From NCBI GenBank assembly GCA_003990765.1, contig RBNJ01000037.1:1-48538 (forward strand): 48,538 nucleotides of DNA. Reading direction: 5' to 3'. Of the stretch, positions 24,930 to 38,300 are shown piece after piece. Position 1 is the stretch's first letter. Every line of letters starts with the position of its first letter. Below the pieces are notes generated by a model, which was given only the letters and a program-made list of their open reading frames with translations, ran no database searches and was not told the DNA's origin. Both the position numbers and the translations under genes were made by a program. This stretch comes from Jimgerdemannia flammicorona. Its lineage: Eukaryota.

Positions 24930-26190
24930 CCATCGCTAGTCACCGCGAAAATATCACTCATTCTCCAAGCTCACCGATGCCCTCCATGAACCCACCCACG
25001 AAAAGGACGCCGCCACGCCTGTGTCATGAGTGACTGTAAGACCATGTTCCCAGAGCGCGCGAACGACTCGGCAATATCCTAGGCGAGTTGGGCGTCTTGC
25101 AGCTTAGACCGTATCTAGTATGGATATCGCCGGATCTATTTACAGAAAACGAGAGGCTGGGACAGGGTGGATTCTCGACCGTGTATAGGGGAATCCTGGA
25201 TGATGCCAAAGTTAAGAAAGTATATAGATGGTTTGGAGCGGTGTTTTGTGTTGAAGGAGTTGAGGCGCGGTATGACCCACGAGGTTCGTGGTAATATTTA
25301 ATCGATTTAGAGGAATTTTCCGCTAGTTGCGGATATGTTTTCTCATGCTTGAGAGAATTTCATTTCGCTTGGTTTCTCTGCAGTTGGCATTGAACGTTCT
25401 TCTAATCGCCGGCTACCGCAAAGAATCCAAAGACGCCTGCCGCGTCATCCCCACAGCACCTCTTTTTGGCCTTACAAAGCATCCCGGCACCCACCAACCC
25501 CTGATGGCCATGGGTATTGCAGATAACGGTACTCTCGGCGATACTCATTTAACAGGTAATATCAACTGGTTTGACTTCGCCGTCATGGCCTTCCGTCTCG
25601 CCGACCACCTCAATAATCTCCACGCGCTCGGTATCCGCCACAGCGACTTCCACCCGGATTATATCGCCTTCACCCAGGACTATTGGATCCTACGCCGCCA
25701 AAGTTACAACCGTCGGGATATACTTCTTTCCAGTAGCCACATAAAACATACCCAACATGCCCATAGGGCTCGGAAAGTTCGTCAACGACGTGTCGGATGA
25801 CAAGGGGGTCTTTGGCGGCATCGACTACTTTGCCTCCGAGGTCTTTGAGAGCAAACAGCAAACTCTCGCCTCGGACGTTTATTGTTTTGCTACACTCCTG
25901 TGGCAGGCCATTGCAGGCGTCCCACCCCGCGGCACCGCCCTCACCGTCTCCGGATCACTGCGCGAGGAGCTCATTCCAGGCACGCCGGCACAATTGATTG
26001 ACGTAATATGGAGATGCTGGAACCGGGACCCGGAACATCAACCAAGTACTCCAGGACTTACAGAAGTGGTGCGTGCGCCTGGGGATCGAAAATTGCAATG
26101 ATCCTGTGAATGGAGCACAGAGCTATGAAGAGGACGCTGAAACAATCGCATTCATTGAAAAGCGGAGGGCAGAGCATGTCAGGCCAATGA
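24930..26190 (+). pseudogene. Tyrosine-kinase-like protein kinase pseudogene
   Basis: LGQGGFSTVYRG (subdomain I), LHALGIRHSDFHP (VIb), IGLGK (VII-like), GGIDYFASE (VIII), ASDVYCF (IX), IWRCWNRDP (XI); intron ~25284-25383; frameshifts and stops. Confidence 0.85.
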
Positions 26191-26239
26191 TACGGCCTCG
26201 GACGAGCAAATAAAGCATTCTGATAAATGTTCAAGAAAT

Positions 26240-27510
26240 GGTTAAAGTACATATCTGGGATCCTGGACCATATATATACAGATATATACAGGCTGATATA
26301 TATGCTATCATACTTTGGAAAGAAGGATTTCATCATATTTATTAATAATTATATATGTAAGATATATATATACTTCCTATCAGTAAAGAGCAAAACACTG
26401 GAGAAATTCAAAGAATTCAAAGTGATCACCAAGAATAAAATAGAACATAAAATATATACTATATGATTAGATAATAGATGTGAATATATCAATAATATAT
26501 TTAGACAATTTCTGAAAAAACATAGTATATAATAATAAATAACAGCTCTCTATATGTTTCAGCAAAATGGCATAGCCAAGTGATTTAACTGTATAGTTGT
26601 AGAAATGTCTCATATAATAATTAATACAGCAGGATTAGGATACTTCTATTGGGCTAAAATAATCAATATAACAATATATATGTAATTAGTGTATTTTTCA
26701 AATACTAAGCAAAGAAGCTAATATATAAGAATAATAATCTCACCTCTGAAGAATTATGAAATAAAATTAAGCCCAATGTATCACATCTATATATATTTAG
26801 TTGTGAAATATATGTTCTTGACAAAAGTAATACCAATTGATATAAATTCAAGCCAAAAGCCAGCAAGCACATATTTCTTAGATATTCTGATACTGGCAAG
26901 ATATATAGACTCTGAGATCTATGTAAGTAACATATTGTCATTTTGTATAATATATAATTTAGAGAAAAAGGAAATAAAGAATTCTGCATAAATATATTAG
27001 TATATATATCTATATTTATATCTATATCCCAGCTAGCATAAGTATAATAACTATCATCAACCTCTCCAATAGTTAATCAAAATTATTTTCAACTACTATA
27101 TATATCTAAGCTAAGATTGCCTAAACTGAGAATAATGAAGATCAAGAATGAAAATGACAGTAGATCTAATACTAAAGATCTTCTATGAAGAATAAGTAAA
27201 ATCATTCTAATGTTCACTAAGAAATTTATTCCAAATTAAGGGGTTATCGAGACATACCAGTAAGCTCTAGATGATAGTAATATCAATACTATGTAAGCTA
27301 TACTGAAGTATATGAATACATATATATTATAATATCTGATAAACCAAATATATATGATAAAGCCATATAATCTCTAGACAGCAAAAAATAGGAATGTGTG
27401 ATAAATGAGGAGTATAATTCACTTATTGAGAATAGTATATAATATCTTATACTCTTTCTACCAAATTACCAAATAATTAGATCAAAGTAGATCTATAGAA
27501 TTAAGATCTA
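26240..27510 (+). mobile_element. Ty1/Copia remnant (integrase to start of RT), heavily C>T/G>A mutated
   Basis: IYIYFLSVKSKTLEKFKEFK...LDNRCEY...FQQNGIAK, and later NEEYNSLIEN..IRSK*IYRIK, the Copia IN core and RT N-terminal motifs. Confidence 0.85.
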
Positions 27511-27659
27511 CTTTTAAAAATAATATTATAATTATAAGAGTATTAGAGATAGATAATAAGTTGTATAAATAATATGATATATTGAATTTTAAATATATAT
27601 ATTCAAAGCTTGAGAATATATATTATTTATATATACTTAGTTATTATATCTAAAGTACT

Positions 27660-28180
27660 TATATTTATAATAAGTATAAGTTTATAAGTCTATAAGTCTA
27701 TAAGACTACAAGTAATAGGTGTAAGTTAAGAGGTTTAAATATTATAATAAGTATAAATAATAAATATAAGCCAAGAGTTTCAAATATTGTAATAAGTATA
27801 AGTCTATAAGTCTAAATACCTATAAGTAATAAGTATACATAAGCTGAGAGTTTCAAATATTATAATAAGTATAAGTCTGCAATTTTACAAGTAATAAGTA
27901 TAAGCTAAGAGCTTTAAATATTAATAAGTATAAGTTTATAAGTCTATAAGTCTGTAAGTAATAAGTAGTATAAGTTGAAAGCTTTAAATATTATAATAAG
28001 TATAAGTCTGTAAGCTTGTAAGCCTATAAGTAATAAGTATAAGTAAGAGCTTCAAATATTACAATAAGTATAAGTCTATAAGCCTACAAGCCTACAAGTA
28101 ATAAGTATAAGCCAAGAGCTTTAAATATTATAATAAGTATAAGTCTATAATCCTGTAAGCTATAAGTAATAAGTATAATA
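27660..28180. repeat. Minisatellite, ~8 units of 45-75 bp with internal 8-bp TAAG(T/C)CTA subrepeats
   Basis: Recurrent T(T/C)AAATATTATAATAAGTATAAGTCTATAAG...AAGTAATAAGTATAAG.(T/C)AAGAG. Confidence 0.85.
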
Positions 28181-28189
28181 ACTTATATG

Positions 28190-28942
28190 ATTTCCTATTA
28201 TATTTAAAGAATATATACTTATTAGCTTTAGATACTGATTCTTTCCTTTCTCTATAATATAAGCCTTATATATATCTAAATATATATAAATGTAAAATAT
28301 CTAGCTTTATTTTACTCTATAAGTACTCAGAAGTAAGATTGTAATTATTTCTAAATTACTTATTATTGTTATCAGATTTCTTACTTAATACTAAAGATAT
28401 ATATCAGTTATAGATATATACTACTATATTGATAGTCTTGGTTTAATATATAAGAATATAAATGATAGTCTAGTTATATTAATTATTATATATACTATTT
28501 CTATAACTATATAGTTAAATCACTCAGTTATATCATTCTGCTGAAGTATATAAAGAGCTATTATTCAATAATATATACTATATTTTCTCAAATACTACTT
28601 AAATATACTATTGATATATTCATATCAATTATCTGAATATATAATATATATTCTATATCTTGTTTTATTTTCTGTAATTGCTTTAAATTCTTTGAATTTA
28701 TCTAGGACTTCATTCTTTACTAATAAGAAGTATATATATACTTTATATATATAATTGTTAATAAATATGATAAAACATCTCTTTTTACTATAAGAAGTAA
28801 TATATATCAGACTATATATATCTATATAGATTAAATTAAATATACTAAATATATATTTTATCTATTTCTAAAATAGTTGTTGAGATATTTTATTTGCTAT
28901 ATAAGTCCTTATAGAAGTTATTATCAAGATATATATATATAC
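28190..28942 (-). mobile_element. Second Ty1/Copia remnant, integrase part (continues at 41514-41870)
   Basis: Reverse strand YIYFLLVKNEVLDKFKEFKAITENKT...YSDN...ILQQNDITE. Confidence 0.8.
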
Positions 28943-29377
28943 TATAACAAAGTAGACACATAACTATGTAAGTATATCAGATTTCTGTATCTTAAAAACT
29001 TGATCTTCTTTGACTCTGTAGAGTCCTTTGGGATATAAGAATGAGTGAGTTCAAAGTATATCTATCTGTAGGCTTACTAGTTTCTTTACTTTCTCTTTAC
29101 TTTAAACTATTTCAATATGAGATTTATTCACTCTAGATACTAGAGATATTTATATAAGTTTGCTAGCTATAAGGTGGCTAAGTTATAACTATGTTTCTTA
29201 TGAGTCACTTTTCAACATTTGCTAAATCTTTGATGATTGCCAAAACTTTAACATTTGCTAAAACTTTAATATTTATAAAATATGACTACTATTACTATAT
29301 TTAAGAATCAGATTTAGGTACTATGATCAAATATCTATTTTTCTAATTTATATTTCTAATTCAGATCAACTGTAACA
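28943..29377 (-). repeat. 3' LTR of Gypsy 1 (~435 bp)
   Basis: T(A/G)TAACA...TGTAACA ends; aligns with 35147-35370 plus 41257-41513. Confidence 0.88.
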
Positions 29378-32300
29378 ACTTTCTCTTGAATAGATAATTT
29401 ATCTCTAAAGCATTCTATTCACTCAAACTCCCAAGCTTCTATGATTTGTATCTCCTTGTACTGTATGATTTATACCATTATATTCTCTTAATAGTATTTC
29501 TTAATATATTCAAAGTCTCCTAGAACAACTTCTCAGAAATAAGCTAAGACTTATTTGTCTTCTTTAAATAACTTGTATACTCTTTTGATAATAGTGATCT
29601 GAGTGTAAGAGAGCTAACATTCTCTAATTTAGTCTTCTTTTCCCATCTCTGACTATAAGTTTAGTAGCTATTCTAACTTAAAGTATTCTTGAAACTCAGT
29701 CTGGTTCTGGTAGGTCTTAAAATGTTAGATTTATAACAAGTGTATCTGAATAATGCTCTAGATACTATCAAAAGATTCTTCTATAATCAATGGCTCAGTA
29801 GTGTACCATTGTCTTTCTATGGCTTGTTGTACAGTACTAGTGATCTTGAGGGCTATAGTTAATTAGCCATAATACTTCTTAAGTCAGTTTCAGTGAATAG
29901 TAGTAGAGATAATTGTATCTGAGAGTTTTTATAGCCAAAAGGTAGTTTTTTTTATATTTTGCACAAGGTAAGATCTTTTCCACTTAGGTTCCAATTTTTA
30001 TAACTATGAAGCTTCTACCATATTATAATATACTAGGACTTTGTCTCCTATCTTGATAATTTTCAGGGACTTATACATCTTCTCTGCATTATTTTGTTAT
30101 AGTACTTGTGCCTTAGTTATATAATTCTCAGCCTTCTTTCTGATTTGGTATAGTCTCTATATTTCTATATCCATGCATTTCCATAAAGTATCTCTATTAA
30201 ATGATAAGATTTCTTGAGAACTTTCTTCTCCAAATAATATTTCTTGAGGGGTGAAATAGGTGCTTTGTAATTAGATATCTTAGAGAGCAGATAATGCTAT
30301 TGGCAGATAGTAATCTCAGTTTTCATAATTATTATAGATTTTGGCAATAATACTCTTGAGGGTCTTATTAGTTCTTTCTACTTATCCATTTCTCTGAGAG
30401 TAATAGACTATAGTCCAAATATACTGGATCTTGTACTTCTTGTAGAGAACCTCAAAGAACTGGTTCACAAATTCTGTTCCTCTGCCTGTGGTTACTTGTG
30501 CTGAGGTCTTGAATTAGCAGATAATTTCTTTGTAGAAGAAATTAGCAATTGACTATATATTGGCTTCTTTGAGAGGTCCTATCTCTATCTATTCTATAAA
30601 AGGTCTAAGATAATAATGATATATTAGTTACTATTCAAAGTCAATAGTAGGGGGTTGATTACATCTATTATAATGTATGTAAAGAGTACTGGTTCTATAT
30701 ATACTGATCCTGGGACCTGATTTTATTAGTCTTGTTTCTGTTTCTGACATTTATCACAGGTCTTGACAAATTGTCTAATATCTTCCTCTATTCCTGACCA
30801 CTATATTGTTCTTCTTACTTTTTTATAGGTATTTGTTCCTCTTAGATGACTAAGTTTATATACTGATTTTATTACTTATTCCTTCTTATGTTTGGGTATG
30901 ATTAGTAGCTAGTATTTCTCTATTGGTCTTGAATTGTTTCTATGTTCTGTTGATAATTATTTGTATCCATTCTTTCAGATGTTGGGGTATCTTTTGCTGT
31001 TTCAGATAGATGATAATTCTATAGTAGAGTTCTTTATTCATAGTTGATTTACTGGTTAGATATCCTTTGAGGTATCTGTGAGAGAGTATTTGCATTGGTA
31101 TTGGTTCTTTCAGAGCAGTACATGATGGTTACATTATAAGCTTGCAACTTTATAATCTATCTAGCATAGATTCCTTTAGATTGTCTGGTAGTCAGTAGCC
31201 AGGTAAGAGCTAAGTAATCTGTCTAGATAATGAAGTATCTTCCAGCAAAGTAGTAGTGGAACTTTTCTATAGTCCAGATAACTGCAAGATATTCTAACTT
31301 ATAGAATTCATATTCTTTTTCAGCTCCTCAGGTCTCTTGGCTGAGATATATAATAATATACTCTACTTTGTCTTTTTTCTGCATCAGAACTACTCCTAGT
31401 CTCTGTGTACTTATATCTATCTGTAGGATGAATTCTTTAGTCTAATTAGATCTTCTGAGGAGGAGTACTTGGATCAGTCTGATCTTGAGTTCATCAAATA
31501 CTTTTTGTTGTCTATCAGTCTATTGAAACATGACATTCTTCTTATTGAGTTTATAAATTGGGCCTGTAATGTTGGAGAATTCTCTAATAAATCTATAGTA
31601 GTATAAAATGAGTCTCATGAAAACTTGGGCTTCCGTGATAGTGGTAGGCCTTAGATATGCTGCTACTGCTTGAATCTTGAGAGGGTCTGTATATATTCTA
31701 TCTTGGTTGATAATGTAACCAAAATAGGAGATCTTGATTTCCACAAACTTATACTTCTTGAGCTTAATGTAAAGACTATGCTTTCTTAGCTTTTCTATCA
31801 TCTGCTGGATGTGCTGTAGATGTTCTTTGACTGTCTTACTATAAATAATAACATCATCTACATAAACTATTATCTATCTTTCTATATTATAGCAGAAGAT
31901 TTTATTCATCATTTACTGAAAGCTTGCTGGTATATTGCACATTTCAATGATATTTACAGGTAGACATAGATTCTATCTAGAGTGATAAAGGCTGATTTTT
32001 CTCTTACTGCTTTGGTGAGGCCAATCTGGTAGAATTCTGAGTATAAATCCAAGATACTGTAATACTGTACTTTATCTCTCAGAGTTACAAAAATGTCACT
32101 GATGAGGGATAGTGATAGGTGATCCTTCTTTATAGTCAGATTGAGCTTTTTGTAATTGGTGCAGAGTCTTGAGACAAATTCTCCTAGTTTTCTTTCTTTT
32201 TTTGAGATTAATACAACTGGTGAAGCTCAAGGACTGCTGGTCTCTTTGATGATAGTAGTTTCTTCCATCTGCTTGATTTCTTCTCTAAGCCATTCATGAT

Positions 32301-32544
32301 AGGCTAGTGGAATTGGCCTTGCTTTTTGGTAGATTGGTTCAGTATCTTATATATCTATATCATAGTAGTAGTATGGAGTCTTTTTCTTAATATCCTTGAA
32401 GTCTGTAGCCAGTACATCCTCAAATTTGTAGAATATCTTCTTGAGTTCCTTCTTGAGTAGAAATTTATTTTCAATGATATAGCTATGCTTATTTATAGTT
32501 TCCTCCTTCTTGTGATCCAGTTGGTGATCTTGGTGCTAGTGAAT

Positions 32545-32965
32545 ACTTCTCTTCTTGTAGATCAGAATTCTTTCTTTCCTCTTTCTATTTCCTCCAACTT
32601 TTTGACTTCTATGATCTTTGGCTGAAGAACTGGAAAGATCAATATCTGTACCAATTAGTTCTTCTTGATTGGAAATGGAATTATAAGGTTATAGTTCCTA
32701 GTAATGAGTAATATTTCTCTAATTTAATCTGAATTGATGACTCTTTCTTCAATAGTAATCTCACTCTTGGCCAGACTGCTTCTTGTCTTGAAGATCCCAA
32801 CATAGTCTTTTGGAATAGTTATCTCCAGATCAGTTGCAAGTAGGGTAGTTGTCTAGAGCTTGAGTATAGTCTTCTCTACTATAGTGATATCTATTCTAGC
32901 TATATTCTCTGACTTATATTCTGATAGAACTATATTAGGATAGATCTTCTGAATCTTGACCTTGA
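32545..32965 (-). pseudogene. dUTPase domain in Gypsy 1 pol (degenerate)
   Basis: ARIDI..TTTLLATDL..IFKTRSSLAKSEITIEERVINSD...ERGKKEF*STRR, homologous to the Gypsy 2 dUTPase. Confidence 0.8.
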
Positions 32966-35146
32966 TTTTTTTCTCATTATCACTGCTCTTTAGAAGAGCT
33001 AGTAATTTGTGATCCTTTTTCTCTTTCTTTTCTTATCTTACTTGTTTCTTGAGGGTCTTCTGTCTTCTTTTATAATAGATTTTCTTGATTCTGCTAATAT
33101 ACTAATAGTAATCATCAATATGTTTTATACAGTACATCTTGATTCTATAAGGGCAGACTCCTTGTAGTATATATCTCTCAATAATCCTTTTGTACTATTC
33201 TTTCTTACTGATCTTTCTAACTTTCTTCTTCTTTTTCTATATAGTTACCATATAGACTTCTTTTTGCTCACTTTCTTCTTTCTCTATCTTAGGTAGCACT
33301 TCTTTATTAATATTGATGGGAATTCACATCTTCTGATCCTAATAAATGATCTATATCTTTTAGGCATTGAGATCAATTACTACTCTGGCTTTAAGAAGTC
33401 ACTGGTTGCCAATGAGAATATCATAGTTAGTAGTATTAGTTACAATCACATCTACTGAGATTATTGTCCCTCCAAACTTAATGGGAACATCTTGGATATT
33501 TCCTAGAAGTATAGCTCTTGTACTATCTGCTATAATAAATATATACCAATTTGGTTGCTTCTTCAACCTCCCAACCTAGGCAGTCTGCTGCTTTCTTACT
33601 GAGGAGGTATCCTCCAGCTCTAGTATCAATGATGGTCTCAAAGATTCTATCTTCAATTTGACAGATTGTATAGATAGATGTCTTGTGATTATCTTTACTC
33701 TCTTCTCTAGAGTCTTCTTGAATATTATTGGCCTTAGTTATCTTCCATCCTTATTTCTTGATTATCTCAGTAAGTTCATATCTCATTTGCTGTCTGAATG
33801 TGGGTATTTCTGCCAGCTGACCAAAGGTGGTATTGATCTTTTGTTAACTAAGATTCTTAAAGATATTATACTTGAAAGTCTTAGTCTTGTGAAGCTTCTT
33901 CTTTTCTCCTTCACTGGCTAAGGTAGTTTCTCATATGATGTCTTAAACAGTCTATTCCAACTCTATATCTTGATCTATTTCTTCATCTTGGCTTTCTGTA
34001 GTAGTTTTTATTTGTTTTTCTGCAGAGTTCTTCTTGAGTCTTTCTGGTGGTCTCTTGTAGAGTTGCTTGTAGATATCTTTCTTGATAGTCTGTACAGAGT
34101 AGGCCTTTTATTCTTCTTTATCTGATTTTCTGATTTCTTTGAAGATAATAGTATTGGTCTGTTTCTTATTTCTTATAGTATTGCTTGGCTGAGCTTTATA
34201 CTTGATCTCACTTATATATTTATATGAGTAGTGGTTTTCTTCTCTACAAGTATAGCAGATACCTCTCTTCTTGTCTAAGATAGTAGTAAACTTCTAAACT
34301 AGGCAGTAGTCTCTTCCTCTAATTTCTTTTACCACATCTTTAAGATAGGTAGTCATTTCAGCAAACTTCTTAGTAAGTTCCTCCATAAGATTACTATTTC
34401 TCTGCTACTTAGTAGCTCTTGGCTAAGATGTATTTCAATTGATAACTATGGTAGGCATCATGCTGGTTATCTTAGATACTTTGATTCTGACTCTAGTAAC
34501 TCTTTCCATTGTGTGGTCTTGTGGGTATCTGGCTATCTAATATTGCTGGATATAGGTAACCTTTTGTGTTAGGTCTAGGATTACTAATAATGAGCAGATA
34601 GCTAGGGCTATCTCTGGGTAGACTCTTTTTATAAAGGTTGTCTCAGCTATTTGATCTTAGATAGTGGTAGTATAATCTATAAGGATTATTTAATATCAGA
34701 TTCTGGTGTAGAATGTATTTAGATTCTTATTCATTCCTTGATATGTTATATTGAACTAATCCTTCAGGACTTGCTTAATCTTGTCTGTATAGTAGGTGGT
34801 TTGAAGCCAAGTCTTCTATACTACTAGCATGACATTGTCATCATTTCCTATATACATAGGTTGCAGCTATAAATGCTGCTCTTACTAGTTCTCAGAGACT
34901 GAAGAACATGAGAGCTACTTACTGTACTGCTGTCAGAGTCCTTACAGTAGCATATTGCTTGAAATCATTAATGAAAGTAATAATTGATTCATCTGAGGTA
35001 TATCTGTAAAATACTAGTAGTTTCATATCTATCTTGTCTAGATGTCTTAATTTGATTTATATGATTGTTTAGATGATAGTAGTTATTTATTGTTCAGCTT
35101 GAAAGTGAGATATTTATCTTAAATTACCAGTCAATAGATACTAAGT

Positions 35147-35370
35147 TATAACAAAGCAGATATGTAACTGTATAAGTATGTCAGATTTCTGTATCTTGAA
35201 AACTTGATCTTCTTTGACTCTGCAGAGTCCTCAGGATATAGGAGTGAGTGAGTTCAAAGTATATCTATCTGTAAGCTTACTAGTTCCTTTACTTTCTCTT
35301 TACTTTGAACTATTTTGATCTGAGGTTTATTTACTTTAGATACTGGGGATATTTATATAAGTTTACTAGC
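35147..35370 (-). repeat. 5' LTR of Gypsy 1, part left of the LINE
   Basis: Matches 28943-~29167. Confidence 0.88.
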
Positions 35371-38300
35371 CAGTCACCTTTCACCAGTAACATTCAGGTG
35401 ACACAAGACTTAGGCAATACTTTCAACAATGTTTTTGGTGATAAGCAACTAGCAATATAGAGAGCAATGACCATACAGGTGTACATACTAGGTTGGGTGG
35501 ATCTAGGACCTTTGACTGGCAGCAGGTAAGAAGGGGTTATGACCTGGGGATGGGGGCCTTCGGAGGACTGAAGAATGGAGAAGGCTCTGGAGAGAGACCA
35601 GTATCCAGTGGCAATGGGGGAAGATCTGGTCTCTCAAGCTTTGCAGACAAGGTTAAGGGGAGTGGGTGGCCAGCTGGTACTAGGGCTGGTGCTGCTGAGG
35701 GGAAGGGCAAGATGAGCCTTGGGAGGGGGGGGCAGTGCTCTAGCTAGAAGTGCAGGCATAGGGGCTGGAGGTACTGCAGCTGGGGGTGTGACTATTGATG
35801 AGAGTGTGACAGGGAATCAGGAAAAAAAAAGAGATATAATGGCTGATGGCCAGGTGGGGCAGGGGTTCCCAATATAGAAGGGAGACCTGGCAGATGGTGT
35901 AACAGGACTGGCGGTGACCCCATTGCTCAAGAAGTCAATCTCAGAGTTTGCAGTGACCTTGTGCTTCAGGGGCTTAGCAGTGATGGTGAGGATGGTTCTG
36001 GGGCTTGTTTTGAAGCAGGTGGCTGGGGTGGCCTCGGTGAAGTTCTTGAAGGGTCTGGAGGGGATTGAGGTGGGCTTTGAGGAGGCTGGCCCACTGGATG
36101 AGACAATGAAGACTGGAGTCATGGTTGAGGAGGTGGTGGTCCCCATGGTGTGGTGCTTGTGATGGGACCCCAGAGTGGTACAGCTTCTGGTGAAGGGGGT
36201 GCCCACAGTGATTAAAGAGGAGACTAGGAGGAGGGTGGAGGAGGTGATGATTGAGTACAGTGATGTGGTGGACATCAGCTTTCAGATGTAAGAGGGGACA
36301 ATGATCAGGACAGGCAACATTGATGTCAGGATTTGGCTGGCAGAAAAGGAGGCCACAGGGAAGGCAAGTGACTGGCCTTCTGTGCTGATGTGGGGGGCAT
36401 TCATCTGTAAGATGTTGAGGATGAAGGGGAGTGAGGAGGAGGAGGAGGACTTGTTGGAGGCACTAGAGGAGATGAGTGGAGCTGTGGAGAGGAGGGCAAG
36501 GGCCTGAAAGATATATGAGGAGTTAATGTATCTGGAGGTTGTAGAGGGGAAGCATATCCACATGGACAAGGGGCAGTGGGAGTGGGCACAGGGGCACAGG
36601 AGGCAGAGAGGGCTACTGGTGAGTATGACTGTCAAGGCGAAGAAGAAGGCAGTTAGGGCTGAGATGTCTGGGGGTATCAAAGCCAGTGTCTGGGCTAGTA
36701 AAGGGGTAGGGGAGGTGGAGGTAGGCAAGGAAGGAGATGGGAAGGTGCTGAGCAAGAATCCTTTTACTGATGGCACCTTCGAGGTCTGAGAGCCGGAATT
36801 GGACTCCACTCCCCCCCCCCTCGATCAGAAGGGGCCCGGCTGCAAAGAGAAAGACATCAGAGGATGTGCTGATGAAGGGGGCCCAGCAAGTGTGTTTTGG
36901 GGTCTCTGATGTGGCGAAGGGGGGCCAGGTGGTGGCGGCTGGTGAGGATGAGCTGGTGGATGTCCCTGAGGAGGAGTGGGATGAGGCTGTCAGTATAAGT
37001 GCTGACACTATGATGTTGGATGCAAGATGGCCAGGGACTCCAGAGAGAAGGAGGTAGGAAACTTGCTATAGATGAGCAAGGTGATGGATAACCTTGTGGC
37101 TGATGCATTGGGAGAAGTGGACCTGCAGGTTATGCCTGAGGAGCACTGGGAGTGGATTCTGCATGGTGAGAGAGTGGTGGAGGTGCTGAGGGGGGAGATT
37201 CTTGTGATCCTCTTAAAGGAGGAGAGATATGAGATCAATGAGGTGAGGAAGGCAGAGCTGGTGGTGGCTGCAGGTGAGCAGACAACATACTGCTGGGCTG
37301 AGTGGCATGGTTTGCAGCTCTGGAGGGAGGCCTGTTTGGAGTATCGAGAGGAATTTGAGAAGAGGGAAGATGAGGTGATGGTAGAACTTCTGGGAGGGTT
37401 GGAGGCATGGGAAGCTGGGGAAAGGGAACTAGCTGCTGAATGTGAATTAGACTTGGTGTAGGAGGAGCAGAATGTGGACTTGTAGAGAATGGGATTACTT
37501 TTTAACATTATTCCTTATGAACAGTACAACTAACATTTTCTCTTTAAATGTAAATGGGTTGAATGGCATAAGAACATTTTTACTTGGCTCAAGGGATTGG
37601 AGGCTGATCTCTTTTTACTATAGGATGTTCAGTGTAAGGATGAGGATGATCGGGTGAAGTGGACTAAGAAATGGGGCAGGGCTATTGCTTGGTTTGGAAA
37701 AGTGGTGATTCTGGTAAGGAAGGGTAGAGGTGACTTGGAGGGAATCAGGAGCTGGGGTGACTGCTTGGTCTGGGGAGATTGGCAGTGGCCAGGGTGGGAG
37801 TTGGTGAGGGTTGGCTCTTGCTACTGCCCTGCAGTTAGGGGTGAGAGGATTGCATGGATTGAGGAGCTGCTGGAGGAGGGTGTTCTCTTGGTGGAAGGGG
37901 TTGATATGATTGGGGGGGGGCTTTAATATGGTTTGGGATCAGCATCTAGACCACACTGATGGTGAGAGGAGTGCAGGAGGGAGAAGTAGAGGCCTGGATG
38001 CATGGGAGGAGATGGAGAGGCTGAGCTCCTTAGGAGATATAGGCAGAATATGATGGGGCAACTCCAGGGTCTACATGCATTGGGTGAATGGCTTGGGTAT
38101 AAGGATTGACTGGATTCTGATGGCAGAATGCTGGGGGTCTGATGTCTGGAAGGTATTGGAGGTGGAATGGTGCCCATGGTCTGATCACTGGGGACTATTG
38201 GGACAGGGGCAGTTTGGGGGAAGTGGAGATAGACCCAGACATTGGCACCTTAACTCCTCCTTGCTGGCTGAGAAGGGGTTGTGGGATTCATGGGTAGAGG

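Noticed and set aside
27660-28180. CRISPR array
   Set aside because: No unique spacers (inter-repeat sequence is itself subrepeats), no cas genes, eukaryotic context
35125-35146. Primer-binding site of Gypsy 1
   Set aside because: The position is right (TAGTATCT…, probably a decayed TGG…), but it is too mutated to assign a tRNA
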